Shown here: one piece after another, positions 51,808 through 64,000 of the stretch | Position numbering within the stretch: the stretch's first letter is position 1 | Layout of the letters: each line of letters opens with the position of its first letter | Assembly: GCF_006345805.1 (NCBI RefSeq) | Contig: NC_043004.1 | Coordinates: forward strand, 7,006,001 to 7,070,000 | Source: Octopus sinensis | Taxonomy: Eukaryota | Length of the DNA stretch: 64,000 bases | Direction of reading: 5' to 3' | Position numbers and translations under genes: made by a program | Notes under the pieces: generated by a model | Told to the model about the DNA's origin: nothing | The model's input: the letters and a program-made list of their open reading frames with translations, nothing else | Database searches by the model: none

Positions 51808-52852
51808 ACCTTCATCTCTGCTTCTTCCTTCTTTGTTATCTAATTAAATTAAAGGCATACCAGCGAAAACCACGAGTTTCCCATTGTTATTATATCCATT
51901 TTCTTCTCCTATATAACCTAAACTATGGTTTACCAACCGAACCACCTGCTACCGTACAACCTTACAAAAGGCTGCACCTACTCAGGTAATAACCAGGAGC
52001 GACTTTGGATTTAATTATCCCTTAGAGGTATTAAGCCCTTCTAACTGACACCTACACTATATATATATATATATATATATATGCACAATGGGTTTCTTTC
52101 AGTTTCCATCTACCAGATCCACTCACAAGGCTTTGGTTAGTCTGAGGCTATAGCAGAAGACATTTGCCCAAGGAGTTATGCAGTGGGACTGAACCCAGAA
52201 TCATGTGGTTGGTAAGCAAGCTACTTACTACACAGTCACTCCCCGCACCTAATTGCAGAGATTTATTACATTAATCCACCACCTTGAGAGATGAAAAGTA
52301 AAGTTTCAACTTGTGCTGACTTTGGTATGATTTCTATTTAAGAACATAAATGTATTATAAGGCATCTAGTTTGGTATGGTAAAGAATCTGGTGTTCAGCT
52401 GCATTAGAAGGAAATGAAAATAACCAGACAGGTTTGCATGGAAGGCTGGTACTGTGGTGCTCTACTACACTGGCACTCCGTTGGTTATGACGATGAGGGT
52501 TCCAGTTGATCTGATCAATGAGCAAGTGCACAGACACATATACCCTTAATGAGCAAGTGGCACAGACACACATACCCTTAATGTAGTTCTCAAGGAGATT
52601 CAGCATGACACAGAGTGTGACATTTATTATAGTCTTTTTGAATTATAGGTATAACTCACTTTTGCTACTTGAGTGAACTGGAGCAATGTGAAATAAAGCA
52701 TCTTGGTCAAGGACACAAGACTATAATAAATAAAGCAAATGGGTTTCTATTGGTTTGGATGAGGATGCTTGATGAACTGAAGTCCCTACTCATTTTATTT
52801 GCATGTAAATGATTGCGCATTCCACAGTAACAAGGTCACCACCACCATTTAA

Positions 52853-53894
52853 CCCTTTCGTTACCAAACTGCCCAAACCCGCCCGTATTTACCTATTCAT
52901 ATTTAAATGAGAATATCAGAGCAAATCTCTTTAGTACATTCGTGAAAACACGTATTATACTTCGTAAACAGTTCAACTACAGTTTTGTACAACAATCGAA
53001 GTGTAATTTTAATTCCGTGAATTTTGGGAGATTTTTTTCCGAAATTTGTTCCTATTGTGTTTTCAAAATTTGTAATTCTGACAAAAAATGGATACGAATT
53101 TCATTATATCAAGCAGCGAGTCAGAATTCGAAGGATTTTCTACTGAAGACCTTCATAAATCTAACTCTATGACTGAAAAAAAAAAGCACGTGGTATTTGA
53201 TAATGAATCTGATGTTTCATTTTCCAAAAGTGAAAACAGTGAATCCGAGAGCTCTGACAGCGATAAAGAAAATGAATTGGCACCTGAATGGAGTGAAAAT
53301 TTTAAAACTGTTTCTTTCGGTGATTTTTCTGAAGAAACTGGACCAAGCCACAGACTTTCCCAGGAGAGTAAAGCCTTAGATTATTTCTTTTTACTTTTTC
53401 GAATGAGCCTATTTGAAATCATTACGGCGGAAACGAACCGTTACGCTAAATGTAAACAAAGCGAAAGAAAGGATAGTTAGTGGTTTCCCACAACCTTAAA
53501 TGAAATTAAGACTATTTTGCCATAAATATTATTATGGGTATCAGAAAGTTACCCAGAATAACAAATTCTATCGTAAAATTTTGTTGTATATCCAATTGAA
53601 TATTAGCTAATAACCCATTTTCTATAGCAATGTTTGAACAAAATTTTAATAATTTTATATTTTGTTGAATTTACCTGTATCTACCTGCAATTAGAGTCAC
53701 TTTGTGACAAAAATTATAGTATAGAATTGGTTGAGAATATTTCATTAAATTATCTTCCAAAAATCACATTAATATATTGATAAATAAAAAAGTTATAGTT
53801 GTTTAATGAAACTAGACTAAATTTATGATTATGTTAGAAATTAATTGAAACACATAAGGGGTGTATTTTGGTCAGAAATATAGTAACGAAAGGG
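52853..53894 (+). mobile_element. Internally deleted piggyBac element
   Basis: Perfect 12-bp TIRs CCCTTTCGTTAC / GTAACGAAAGGG. TTAA at 52849-52852 and 53895-53898. Confidence 0.92.
53088..53565 (+). pseudogene. N-terminal piggyBac (PGBD4-like) transposase remnant
   Basis: Acidic/Ser N-terminus, GP..L....LDYFFLLF, IITAETNRYA. After a stop it continues WFPTTLNEIK, then after a frameshift IIMGIRKLP. No DDD core. Confidence 0.85.
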
Positions 53895-54559
53895 TTAATG
53901 TCTGTGGTCTATGATGGTATGGGTTGGACAGTTAGACAAAAGCTGGTAAGCCAGAAGTGGACTGTACCAAGTTCCACTGTCTGCTTTGACATGGTTTCTA
54001 AGGCTGGGTGCCTTATCTAATGCCAGCCACTTCACAGAGTGTGGTAGCAGCCCCAGTGAGGTCACCAAGCAATTCACAAGACAAGACTCCTCAACTGAAT
54101 GGCATTTGTAATGTAATCCTCATGTAATCCTAATGATAAACAACATTAGTTGTAACATTTGTGTTACTGTCTCCTTAATGAATCACCCGCGGAAAACGGA
54201 CGTTAAACGATGATGATGATGATGATTAATGTCAATAAAAGCATTTAGACCATTACATGTTCTTGTTTGTCACTTGCAATGGATTTACTTATATACTCAT
54301 TCAATTTTTATCACATTAGGTAAACAACAGTGTTATCAGTTACAGGTTTCTATTGGTTTACTCAATGATTCACCAGATCTCCAACAAGAATGACAAGGGT
54401 TTGTGTGTACAAGTTTATCGAAGGCACACACACTCACAAGTAAATATTACACTGAATATTCTTTATTTGAAAGCATCAATTTCCCAGTTTTCTTGTCACT
54501 TTTCTTTGGGAAATGAATATACACCTATGTACATACATACACACATATATATATAGCTC

Positions 54560-54860
54560 AATCATCATTTTTATCTCCATTTTCCCATGTTTGCATGGTT
54601 TGACCAGGTCTTCTCAGTAAAGAGTCTTGCTACTTGTCTGGTCACTCACCATTTCTTCTGTGAGGTTTATCATCCTAACATCATCTTTCACCACTTCTGT
54701 CCATGTCTTCCTTGATCTTCTTTCATAAGTTCCTTCCATTTTGATTAGTTAACCTTCTTTTACTGAACTGCCATCCCTTCAGAGCACACTCAGTTCTTTT
54801 CTAGTTTTCACACATATTCTAGATGCAATGCCCATATTTTCATTACCATGCAACATCACA
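54560..54860 (-). mobile_element. Old RTE LINE 3' end
   Basis: Minus strand encodes RSRKTWTEVVKDDVRMINLTEEMVSD followed by a GAT-rich tail. Confidence 0.6.
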
Positions 54861-55327
54861 CACAGGCATCAGAGAAGATCCCTTTGTTGCTAGCAGTTGT
54901 ATGAGGTCCTTAAGATTTCCCCCCCTTGTTCTTAGTTAGGTTGGTATGTTTTTGGAATACCCTCCTCAACTGTTAATTAGATCACCTTGTTAATGGAGAA
55001 GCTATTCTTCTACATAGCTTTCCAAGCATTTGGAGAAATTTATTTTGCATATACTCTTACCAATAACTATTTCTGTGTGTATCTGCCAAATACAGTCTGT
55101 CAGCCTGTCTGTGATCCCACAAGATAGACTTCTGCACTGTTTCCACTTAAAAAATTTCACTCAATGCAATTGGTTAACCTGAGACCATAGCCAAAGGCAT
55201 ATACTGAAGAGGCTGTGCTGGAACTGAACCTGGAACCATGTGGTTGTATGCACAAGTCATGCTTGCACCATCCATTGTTGTTATTTCCTGTCTCTTCTTT
55301 AAAAGAAATTTTTTTTTATTTTGTCAG

Positions 55328-55380
55328 AGAAAGGATAGCACTTCATAATCTTCATAGACCTCTTAGAGTTTTTTTTAGCA
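55328..55380 (+). CDS. Candidate coding exon (ERIALHNLHRPLRVFFS) of an unidentified plus-strand gene
   Basis: tttttttttattttgtcag| acceptor, GCA|gtatgt donor, phase 2-1. Joins 59838 in frame. Confidence 0.4.
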
Positions 55381-56375
55381 GTATGTCACAGCTACATTAC
55401 ACAAAGTGTCTTTTCTTCACCTTAGATAGTATCATGTAATTTGACAGAGATTTGGCTACTATTTCTTGCAAATCAAGTGATAATGTAAAGGTTCCTTTGT
55501 TGGTTCTGGCTTTCTGTATCATCTGTGGAAAATTTGATGAAGCCAAAGTGAAATTAGTCCGTTATACATTGTCATTATCACCATTTTATTTCTGGTTTCC
55601 ATACTGGTATGGGTTGGAAATCACAGCTCACTTGAATTTTCCATTTTTGGTATGGATTCTAAAGCTGGATGCAACTTCCTATCATTACCAACTTTACAGA
55701 GTACTTTTTTTAAAAATTAAACTTTTCTTAAGCCCTACTATTTGTAAGGCTGGTTAACAATATTCCTAGCAGTTATATCTGACACTTTCCCCACAAGCGC
55801 ACTTAACTGTACACGTCTCTTGGAGTAAAAATATATTTTCCTTTGTAAAATCATGACGACATTGTTAGTCACAGATGTCAGCCCTCTCATTCAACCATGA
55901 TGGATTATATCATTTACAGATAATGACTGAGTTGGGTTTAGAAGATAAAGGTATACTCATGATTAAATCAATTAGAGGAGAATCTGTAAGTAAAAAATAA
56001 CAAAAATATTCTTTGATGTAGCATGATTATGTTATCAAATCATATCCTTTCTATTTATAGGGATTTAATGCTTTCTCCAAATATATGGTTAAATGTTGTA
56101 CTTTTAATGAGAAACTAACACAGCAGGGATATTTTATTTTGGAACATGACCACAAACTGATTGGGAGAAGAGAAGTTCATGAAATTTTCTATTTGGTACA
56201 TATATTGTGTTGCAGTTTTATAGTTTAATTTCCTTGACACTGTAAAAGATCTCTTGAGAGATGGCTTAAATGACACATAGTAATTTATTCCCACCTTCCA
56301 TTCTGCACTCAATCTCAACACTAAAGCTGACCTTTTTTAGATATCCTATAATTTTCTGGGAGTTACAATTCAGAG

Positions 56376-56722
56376 CATCATCGTCATCATCATCATTTAA
56401 CGTCCGCTTTCCATGCTAGCATGGGTTGGACAATTTGACTGAGGACTGGTGAACCAGAGGGCTGCACCAGGCTCCAATCTGATTTGGCAGAGTTTCTACA
56501 GCTGGATGCCCTTCCTCATGCCAACCACTCCGAGAGTGTAATGGGTGCTTTTACGTGCCACCGGCACGAGGGCCAGTCAGGCAGTACTGGCAATGGCCAC
56601 GCTCAAATGGTGCTTTTTATGTGCCACCTGCACAGGAACCTGTCCAGTGGCACTGGCAATGACCTTGCTCGAATGTTTTCTCACATGCCACTGGCACAAG
56701 TGCCAGTAAGGTAACGTTGGTA
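56376..56722 (-). mobile_element. RTE-associated (GAT)n-tailed element
   Basis: Match to 10769-11100. Confidence 0.8.
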
Positions 56723-57844
56723 ACGCCTTACTGGCACCCAGTAAAATTCAGTTCACATCTACTGTGATGATCTGCTTCCAACACCTCAAAAACTATATAT
56801 GTAAAACATGTCTTATTACAAGCAAACTCTTCAAAACCCACTAAAACACTTTTGCTAAATATAGTCTACTTTTGAGATTAAAAAATTAAAAATCCCCAAA
56901 TCTCAAAAGGTGTTTATTTTATCAAATGAGGACAGATGGCTTTGGCTAAGTTCTAATAAGAATTGTAAGATGCTGAACTATTTTTGGCTTCTACTGTATC
57001 ACATCAGATAATCAATATTTTTAATCTTTAATAAATGAATATAAAACACTTAGTGTAGACATGTGACAGAATCAGTATAAGCAAAAATCTCTAAAGTTGA
57101 AATCATCAATTAGTGCTTATACATATCATCATTTAATGTCCATTTTCCCTGCTGGTATGGATTGGACAGTTTGACAGGAGCTGTCACAAGCTCCAGTAGT
57201 CGGTTTTGGCATGGTTTCTGCAGTTGACGCCCTTCCTAATGCCAACCACTTTATAAAGTGTATTGGGTGCTGGCATGGGTGTTTTTTATGTGGTACTGGC
57301 ATGATGCAGGTGATTTAACATTTTGAATACAAGCACCACTGAGTTAATAATCCAATACTGTTACATTAAGAACTCAGACTCCCCATCATCACTGTTTATA
57401 TTGCTTTTTCAGTTCCACCTAATTACTCAAACTGCCCTTCTAAAATATGAATAGACATTTCTCAACAACAACAAACCCATTTTATTTTGGTACTTTCTCT
57501 CATACTTTATCCTTCTCTTCATTCTCCGAACAAAGTCCATCCCCAACCATCAGAGTTCATAGTTTTGAAATTGCATGGCAATCTCACTAGTGCTGCTGCC
57601 ATAATAAAGAAAGCACCATGTCAAAGCAGACAATGTAGTCCTTGGACCTGTCAATTTGTCCAACCCATGCCAACATGGAACATGAATGTTAAACAATGAT
57701 GATAATCTCAAAAGTTGCTAGGCCTTTCATCAATAAAATATAAGCATGTGCTTCGGGTATCAAAAGAAGAGACACAGCACCAAAGAAATAGTAAATAGTT
57801 TACAGCACAAAAGAAATCACTTTAAACTTGCTTAAATAATATTT

Positions 57845-58302
57845 GGGATGCCTTGTCTCTACCAAGTATAGAAGCAGATGTGTTATGTAAGATTAATTTT
57901 GAGGATCTGATCAAAGTCTTTGCAAATAAATAAAAGGAGAAAACTTTTCAGATATAAATAAAGTGGAAGTATACAAAATAAAACATTATTTTCCATCTTA
58001 CAGTTAGTTTTGTTTCATTTTGAAGCATAAAAATTTATTTTGTAGCTTATTATCATTTATATGTCAAAGGCGGTAAGCAGGCAGAATCATTAGCATACTG
58101 GACTTCGTGGCATTTTGTCCATCTTTACGTTCTGAGTTCAAATTCCACCCAAGTCAAATTTGCCTTTCATCCTTGTGGGGGTTGATGAAATAAGTAGTTC
58201 AGGAACTTGTGCCTTTAGTACAAAGCATTACTGTTTATATTTTGAATTACATATATATGGGGACAAAAAACTCTTAAGTGCTTAGGGCCTCAATCCGGCC
58301 CT
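57845..58302 (+). mobile_element. 3' end fragment of a second hAT-type transposon with an inserted SINE
   Basis: DALSLPSIEADVLCKINFEDLIKVFANK resembles a hAT dimerisation-domain end. hAT-like terminus tagggcctcaatccggccct. Confidence 0.5.
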
Positions 58303-58629
58303 AACAGGTGCGAGAACCTAGATCTATCTATTTTTAAACATCAAACAGGTAGAACATGTCTGGTTTAAATGCTAAAAGGTTGAAGACTCACATATCATAC
58401 TATTCAAATATCTTCTTCAGGAAAAGCATCCTACTTTGTTTGTTAAATTATGTCTGGTTGGAAGATAGACACCAAATCAACATCATAAGCACATGCAAAT
58501 ACACTAACGTGTAATTTTGTTTTAACCTGAAAGTACGTAGTTGTACAATGAACTTCTCAACCAGGCATCCATTCACGCCTGTGGTAGAAATACACACATT
58601 TCACATTTAGAAGTTATTTTTTCTCTTTT

Positions 58630-59071
<442 letters not shown>

Positions 59072-59837
59072 TATATCTATCATTTCTACTTCATAAATGA
59101 GATACTGAAGCTTTCATGAGAAAGTGGGCTAAAAGTCAGTCAGTTATCTGTCATTAGATTGTGGCCATGCTGGAGCACCACCTCAAACGGTTTAGTCCAA
59201 CAAATCAACCACCACCCTCAGTACTTATGCTATAAATTTGATATTTCGTCTATTGGTTTCTTTTGTTATACTGCTAAATGATGAGGGATGTAAATAAATC
59301 AACACCGGACGTCAAGCAATGAGGAGAGGACAAACATAATACACACAAGATAGGCTTCCACTTAGTTTCCATCCACCGAATTCACTCACAAAGACAATGG
59401 TCAACTCAAAACTATAGTAGAAGACACTTGCCCAAGATGCCATGCAGTGGGACTGAACCTGAAACCACATGGTTGCAAAGTAAGGTTCTTAACCACACAG
59501 CCATGGATAAGGTACCCTCTATTTGCCCCAGTCCGTTTAGCTGACAACAGTTTTAACTAATACATCACGGTTGAGTTATTACTGGCAGAAAGTACATTCA
59601 ACAGTAAAAAAAAAAAAATAAAATAAAATAAAAATAAAAAATATTTAGTACAACAGCATGTAATAATTAGAATATTCCCTTCCCATACTGAAAAAGATTG
59701 AAAAAAAGAAAAGAAATTAAATTGAAATCTTGGAAATATAATTTGTGAATTTACTTGAGAATGCTCATAAAAGCTGCACATCACTCTGATTTATCAGGAA
59801 GATGTAAAATTTTACTGATCTTTTATTTCACATCTAG

Positions 59838-59887
59838 CTGTTGAGGTATCTAGACCTGGGTATCTATATTTGAATATAACAACACAG
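59838..59887 (+). CDS. Candidate coding exon (VEVSRPGYLYLNITTQ)
   Basis: cttttatttcacatctag| acceptor, CAG|gtatgc donor, phase 1-0. Confidence 0.45.
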
Positions 59888-60084
59888 GTATGCTAATACT
59901 AGGTAAATTTTTCAAGTTAAGCACATGAAGATAGGGGAAGAGAAATGTAGATCTAAGTTACATTTCATACATATGCCTCTAAAGTCTTGCTCCCCATTTG
60001 ATTAATTTCCAGGAATTTTGGTTACAAAACAGGTAGTGTTACAACTTTTTGAAATAATTTGATTGTCTTTCTTCTTGTCTACAG

Positions 60085-60111
60085 AGATGTCGCCATGAAA
60101 ATTTTGACTAG
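60085..60111 (+). CDS. Candidate terminal coding exon (RCRHENFD*)
   Basis: gtctttcttcttgtctacag| acceptor, phase 0, in frame with the previous exon. Confidence 0.4.
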   Translation, partial: RCRHENFD

Positions 60112-60200
60112 TTTCTGCCTTCTTTCATACCTGCTTATTTCTCTGCTAGAAAAGCTTAATATAAATGAAATCTGAAGAGCTATCAAATATATATGTATAT

Positions 60201-60556
60201 AATAATGAAATTATTGTATACAGTGCTCAGGTGCACCACAACTTGTCAGAAAGTGCGTATAAAGTGTATGCAGTAATGTACAAATGTCTGGAAAGCGAAC
60301 AATGTATGAGTCAGACACATGCTTGTGTGTGTATGGAGGGGAGGAAATCAGGTGTAGTGTTGGCGAATCTCAGAAAGCATGGAAGTTTTGAAGGATGCAG
60401 TGCTCCGACAACTAACAACCAATGCCGGCAGTTTGTTCCATGCTTCAGCAACTCTTAGCGTGAAAAAATGTTTCCTAAAGTCATGGGAGCTGTGCTGTTT
60501 TCTGACTTTGTAAATATGTCCATGGGTGTTAGACGGGTGGAGTTTGAAAAGGTGCG
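60201..60556 (-). mobile_element. CR1-clade LINE 3' end
   Basis: NTHGHIYKVRKQHSSHDFRKHFFTLRVAEAWNKLPALVVSCRSTASFK, then a 3'UTR ending in a TTA-rich tail. Confidence 0.9.
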
Positions 60557-60744
60557 CAGAGTTATTGTTTGTAAGACAGTAAATTCACAAGACAAGCAGT
60601 TATGGCATTATATTTAATTCCTTCATGGTCGTTTCAACAATACATGACCCAAATGCATCATGAATAATAAATATGTCTGATGAGTGGAAAATGGATCACA
60701 TGTAATATGTTGTAATATTACATTGCCACTTATGTTCATTTTTT

Positions 60745-61116
60745 ATCTTTTACTTGTTTCAGTCCGTAGACTGTGGCCATGCTGGGGCACTGCCTCGAAA
60801 AGCTTTTAGTTGAATGAATTGACCCAAGAACTTATTTTTAAAAGCCTGGTACTTATTCTATTTTGATGAACTGCTAAGTCACAGCGATGTAAATGCACCA
60901 ACACCGATTGACAAGTGATGGTGGTGGACAAACACAGACACACACTCACACATATAAAACAAGCTTCTTTCAGTTTCCGTCAACCAAATCCACTCACAAG
61001 ACTTTGGTCGGCTTGAGGCTATAGCAGAAGACACTTAGCCAAGGTGCCACACAGTGGGACTGAACCCAGAATCATGTGGTTGGGGAGCAAATTTTTTTAC
61101 CACACAGCCACGCCTG
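60745..61116 (-). mobile_element. CORE-type SINE copy
   Basis: Reverse-complement match to 4717-5108. Confidence 0.85.
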
Positions 61117-61847
61117 ATGAATCTCAACCATGTGTTGTTGAAATGATCTTAATGAAAGAATAAATGTAATACCATAACCTCCATTCTAGGAATTATTGTA
61201 TCATATTCTGCTACTAATAAAAAATCCCTGGAATCAGTTTGCATTAATGGTTTCCTTTAAAGGAAATTATTTAAACACTGTTAGCCAGTATTTGCAGGAG
61301 TGCTAACTGAGGATACAACCCGGGTTTATAAATTCTCTTTTATCCAATATATATATTTTAAAAACACCTAATTAAAAAAATTAAATTAAATTGAATAATT
61401 CCTAAAACCTGGTATGATCACAATTTTTATGTTTTCCCCACTTTGCCTTTTTTTTTTTTTTAAATCAATGAAAGCTATGAGATTTCATCTAAATACTAAA
61501 CTAAATTTTCAATTGTTAGATTCCCCAAAACAGAAAGTTAATTAATAATAACAAACATTTGATAAATTCCTCACAAAAATAAATTATACGTGTTAAGAAA
61601 AGAAAATAAAAGTTTAGCAGGAAAACCTGAATAAAATTTGTGAGATGTCTTATGGAATGATGAGAAACATTCCCAGAAGAAGTATATATTGTATGAAGAA
61701 AGAGTTTGATGTTATTCACGGAGAATAAGACAAGTATGTGTGAAAGTGAGCCATCTCAGAGGGGGAAATTATGACTGGTGGTTAAATAAAAAGTCGGAGA
61801 TTGCAACATCCGTTGCAACAAAAAGAAAATGGTAAGCAAGAACTTAC

Positions 61848-61962
61848 TGGCATTGAGCTCGGTTTTAGAGGCAAGAATAGATTCCTTTGTATGGGCTTGT
61901 ACGGGCTTAGTATCCAACGCCTTTTTACTTTTATCAGCTAGTTTATTATTGTCTTCTATCAC
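61848..61962 (-). CDS. Coding exon (VIEDNNKLADKSKKALDTKPVQAHTKESILASKTELNA) of an unidentified minus-strand gene
   Basis: atctttgttgtag| acceptor, GCCA|gtaagt donor, phase 0-1. In frame with the 63789 exon. Confidence 0.6.
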
Positions 61963-62869
61963 CTACAACAAAGATAACATTATCAAGAATAAATTTTCTA
62001 TCTACTTAATGGTAACGGCTATGAAGTGGTACCCTAAAGACGTTACAAAACTTAATTAGAGAGATAAATAAAAAAAAGAAGAGAAAATAAACAGAAAACA
62101 AAATGAAAAGAAAATTCTTGCCCTGTCCCAAATTTCCATTCCTTTCATTTATTAAGGTGTTCCTAGTTTGATGAGTTTAATTTTGAGTATTGATTACTTT
62201 TCTACCTTACATGTATCAGTTTCTAAAATTAGGACCTAACTGACCCTAAACAGTTATTACTACTCATTTGTGATAAGATTGCTGAAAACATTTCAATGAA
62301 ATACTCTAGATATACGATACAGAAGTTAGACTAAAATAAAGTGTGATTGGTCCCTTTTGCCATTTTCTACTTTCCCCTTATAGTTTGTGTTTAAACTTTG
62401 GCTTAAAATTGTTATAATATCCCAGAGAAATCAAAGTAAAACTACACCATAATTAATTATCCTATTTTTCTTCAATAGCATTTGATTTCGGTGTTATACA
62501 CAACATCAATGTAGAGATATTTCTCTTCACCGTTCCGCTTTGAATAGACAAGTACAATATCCTTGATTGTTTTATTTAAAAGAATGGTTCCCATGTGTGA
62601 TGAAAGAAGCAACGTCAAAATACAATACATAAAATAAAAAAAAAATAGCATTCATGTAATTTGTTAAAAAATGTTTTAATTGCACAAAAAATATGGAAAG
62701 CTAGATGGTTATTCTACAAACACAAAAAAAAAAAGTTTGTTTCTTCCATTTGTTTTTGGTTTTACTAATGCTTGTGCCATGTAACATAGTTTTATGATGT
62801 TTAGAAAGAAAATCATATCTAGGTAATGCCTGTCAACATTGGACTACTTAATAATATCACATTGGTGCC

Positions 62870-63097
62870 AACTAGTTGGGCACAGTTGATACACACTAAT
62901 TAGATGAACACAGCCAGCTGACATTTACTAATTAAAGTACACAGTCTGTAAACATTAACTAGTTAGGCACAGCTTGTAGACACTGATTGGTTTGGCATAC
63001 AGCCTCTGAATGTCAATTAAATAGGCACAACCTGTAAACATTTATTAGATAGACAGATTGTAGAATGTCAGATAAATTAGACAGACAGCAGAATGTC
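62870..63097. repeat. Degenerate minisatellite, about 8 x 27-32 bp
   Basis: Units resemble aattagttaggcacagcctgtagacact. Confidence 0.75.
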
Positions 63098-63788
63098 AAA
63101 AAATAGACATTGTCTGTGATTGGCTACTAGTAAGAATGCATCTTGGACATATTTATTTACAATAAATATTGACTCTTTGCAGAGAGGAAAAGAAAGAGGA
63201 TTACTTAAGGACTAATTGAACCAATGTAAAACTGTCAAAAAGGTCTTTGATATTATAAATAAGTTTTAAACATCACTGAAATTTCAAAGCAGTTAAAAAA
63301 ATATATATATATAATACATATATATATTTCAAATATAATCATTTTTTTTTCTTGCTTGTCAAGAAAATTGACAAAAATCTTTGAATGACAAAGTATTATC
63401 CATAGATCTGAGCTAACCTTTTTTTTTTTTTATTTTGTGCTGTCCTGACGATTGGGCAGGGGAAGTATAACAACATCAACAACAACATTAATAACATAAA
63501 TAAAAAAGAAAAGAAATAGAATGAGAACTGAAATATTGCAGGATATGTTAGTCTAAGTAGGAGGAAGGAGGGAAGGTTGGAAAGAATGGGCAGGGGTGTC
63601 TCTTGTTTTTTTGCTTGTTTGTTTATTTTTATGTTTGTTTTGATTGTTATATTGTTAAAAGATCTCTAAACAATATTGTAGTGACTGCCTCTAGTCTTTC
63701 CTGACAGCGATCCACGCAGAATGACAGTCAAGCCAAGACAGTCTTATAATATGTACAGTGAGAAAGGATGCAGTCACTAATGGTTTAC

Positions 63789-64000
63789 CTTTTCGGGTGA
63801 ATTTTGCTTATTTTTCTTCTTTTTTGGACTTTTTACATCTTTATTTGATGTTTCATCGTTTTCCAATTTTATCATCATTTTTTCCTCTGCATCTGCAGTA
63901 TTTTTAGTATTTTTTTTTTTAGATTGTGTATTTTTGTTATTCTCTTGTTGTTGGTTTGGCTTTGTAGCCATCTTCTCAGGTTTTGGTGAGCCTTTCTCAC
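63789..64000 (-). CDS. K/N/E/Q-rich low-complexity coding exon, open to the window edge
   Basis: EKGSPKPEKMATKPNQQQENNKN...KQNSPEK open for 212 nt. AAG|gtaaac donor, ends in phase 0. Confidence 0.6.

Larger units (their letters stand above)
51577..51908. repeat. 332-bp near-perfect foldback (inverted arms, 6-nt loop ctaact at 51731-51736)
   Basis: gagaagaaaatggatataataacaatggg...gatgcatc / gatgcatc...cccattgttattatatccattttcttctc. The right arm has about 22 extra nt. Confidence 0.95.

Noticed and set aside
61114-61160. CTGATGA...GAAATGATCTTA hammerhead-like string
   Set aside because: The CTG belongs to the SINE terminus, so the core is a junction coincidence. There is no GTH site or helix I.

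Overview
AT-rich, CpG-depleted eukaryotic DNA dominated by repeats. The repeat repertoire looks like an Octopus (coleoid cephalopod) genome; this is inferred from the repeats only. It includes tRNA-headed SINEs with internal (TA)n/(TG)n tracts, RTE and CR1 LINE fragments and TTAA-flanked MITEs. No complete host gene can be read. There are two phase-consistent minus-strand exons at the right edge, a three-exon plus-strand 3' end at 55-60 kb, and weaker exon candidates at the left. The best supported coding remnants are transposon-derived: an R4/Dong-clade retrotransposon 3' half (383-aa open ORF) stacked with two other elements in a (TAA)n array, a decayed hAT transposase, an internally deleted piggyBac with intact TIRs and TTAA sites, and an internally deleted Tc1/mariner. 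The most unusual signal is a set of small non-coding elements in or next to (TA)n tracts that carry minimal type I hammerhead ribozyme motifs with palindromic helix III. One has a 78-nt loop II (26.6 kb). Two sit head-to-head in a 332-bp foldback (51.6-51.9 kb). A non-SINE inverted duplication with a near-identical 190-bp core (10 kb and 29.8 kb) is also unexplained. Most ORF-track entries are microsatellite or SINE artefacts. All alignments and folds were done by eye and repeat boundaries are approximate.
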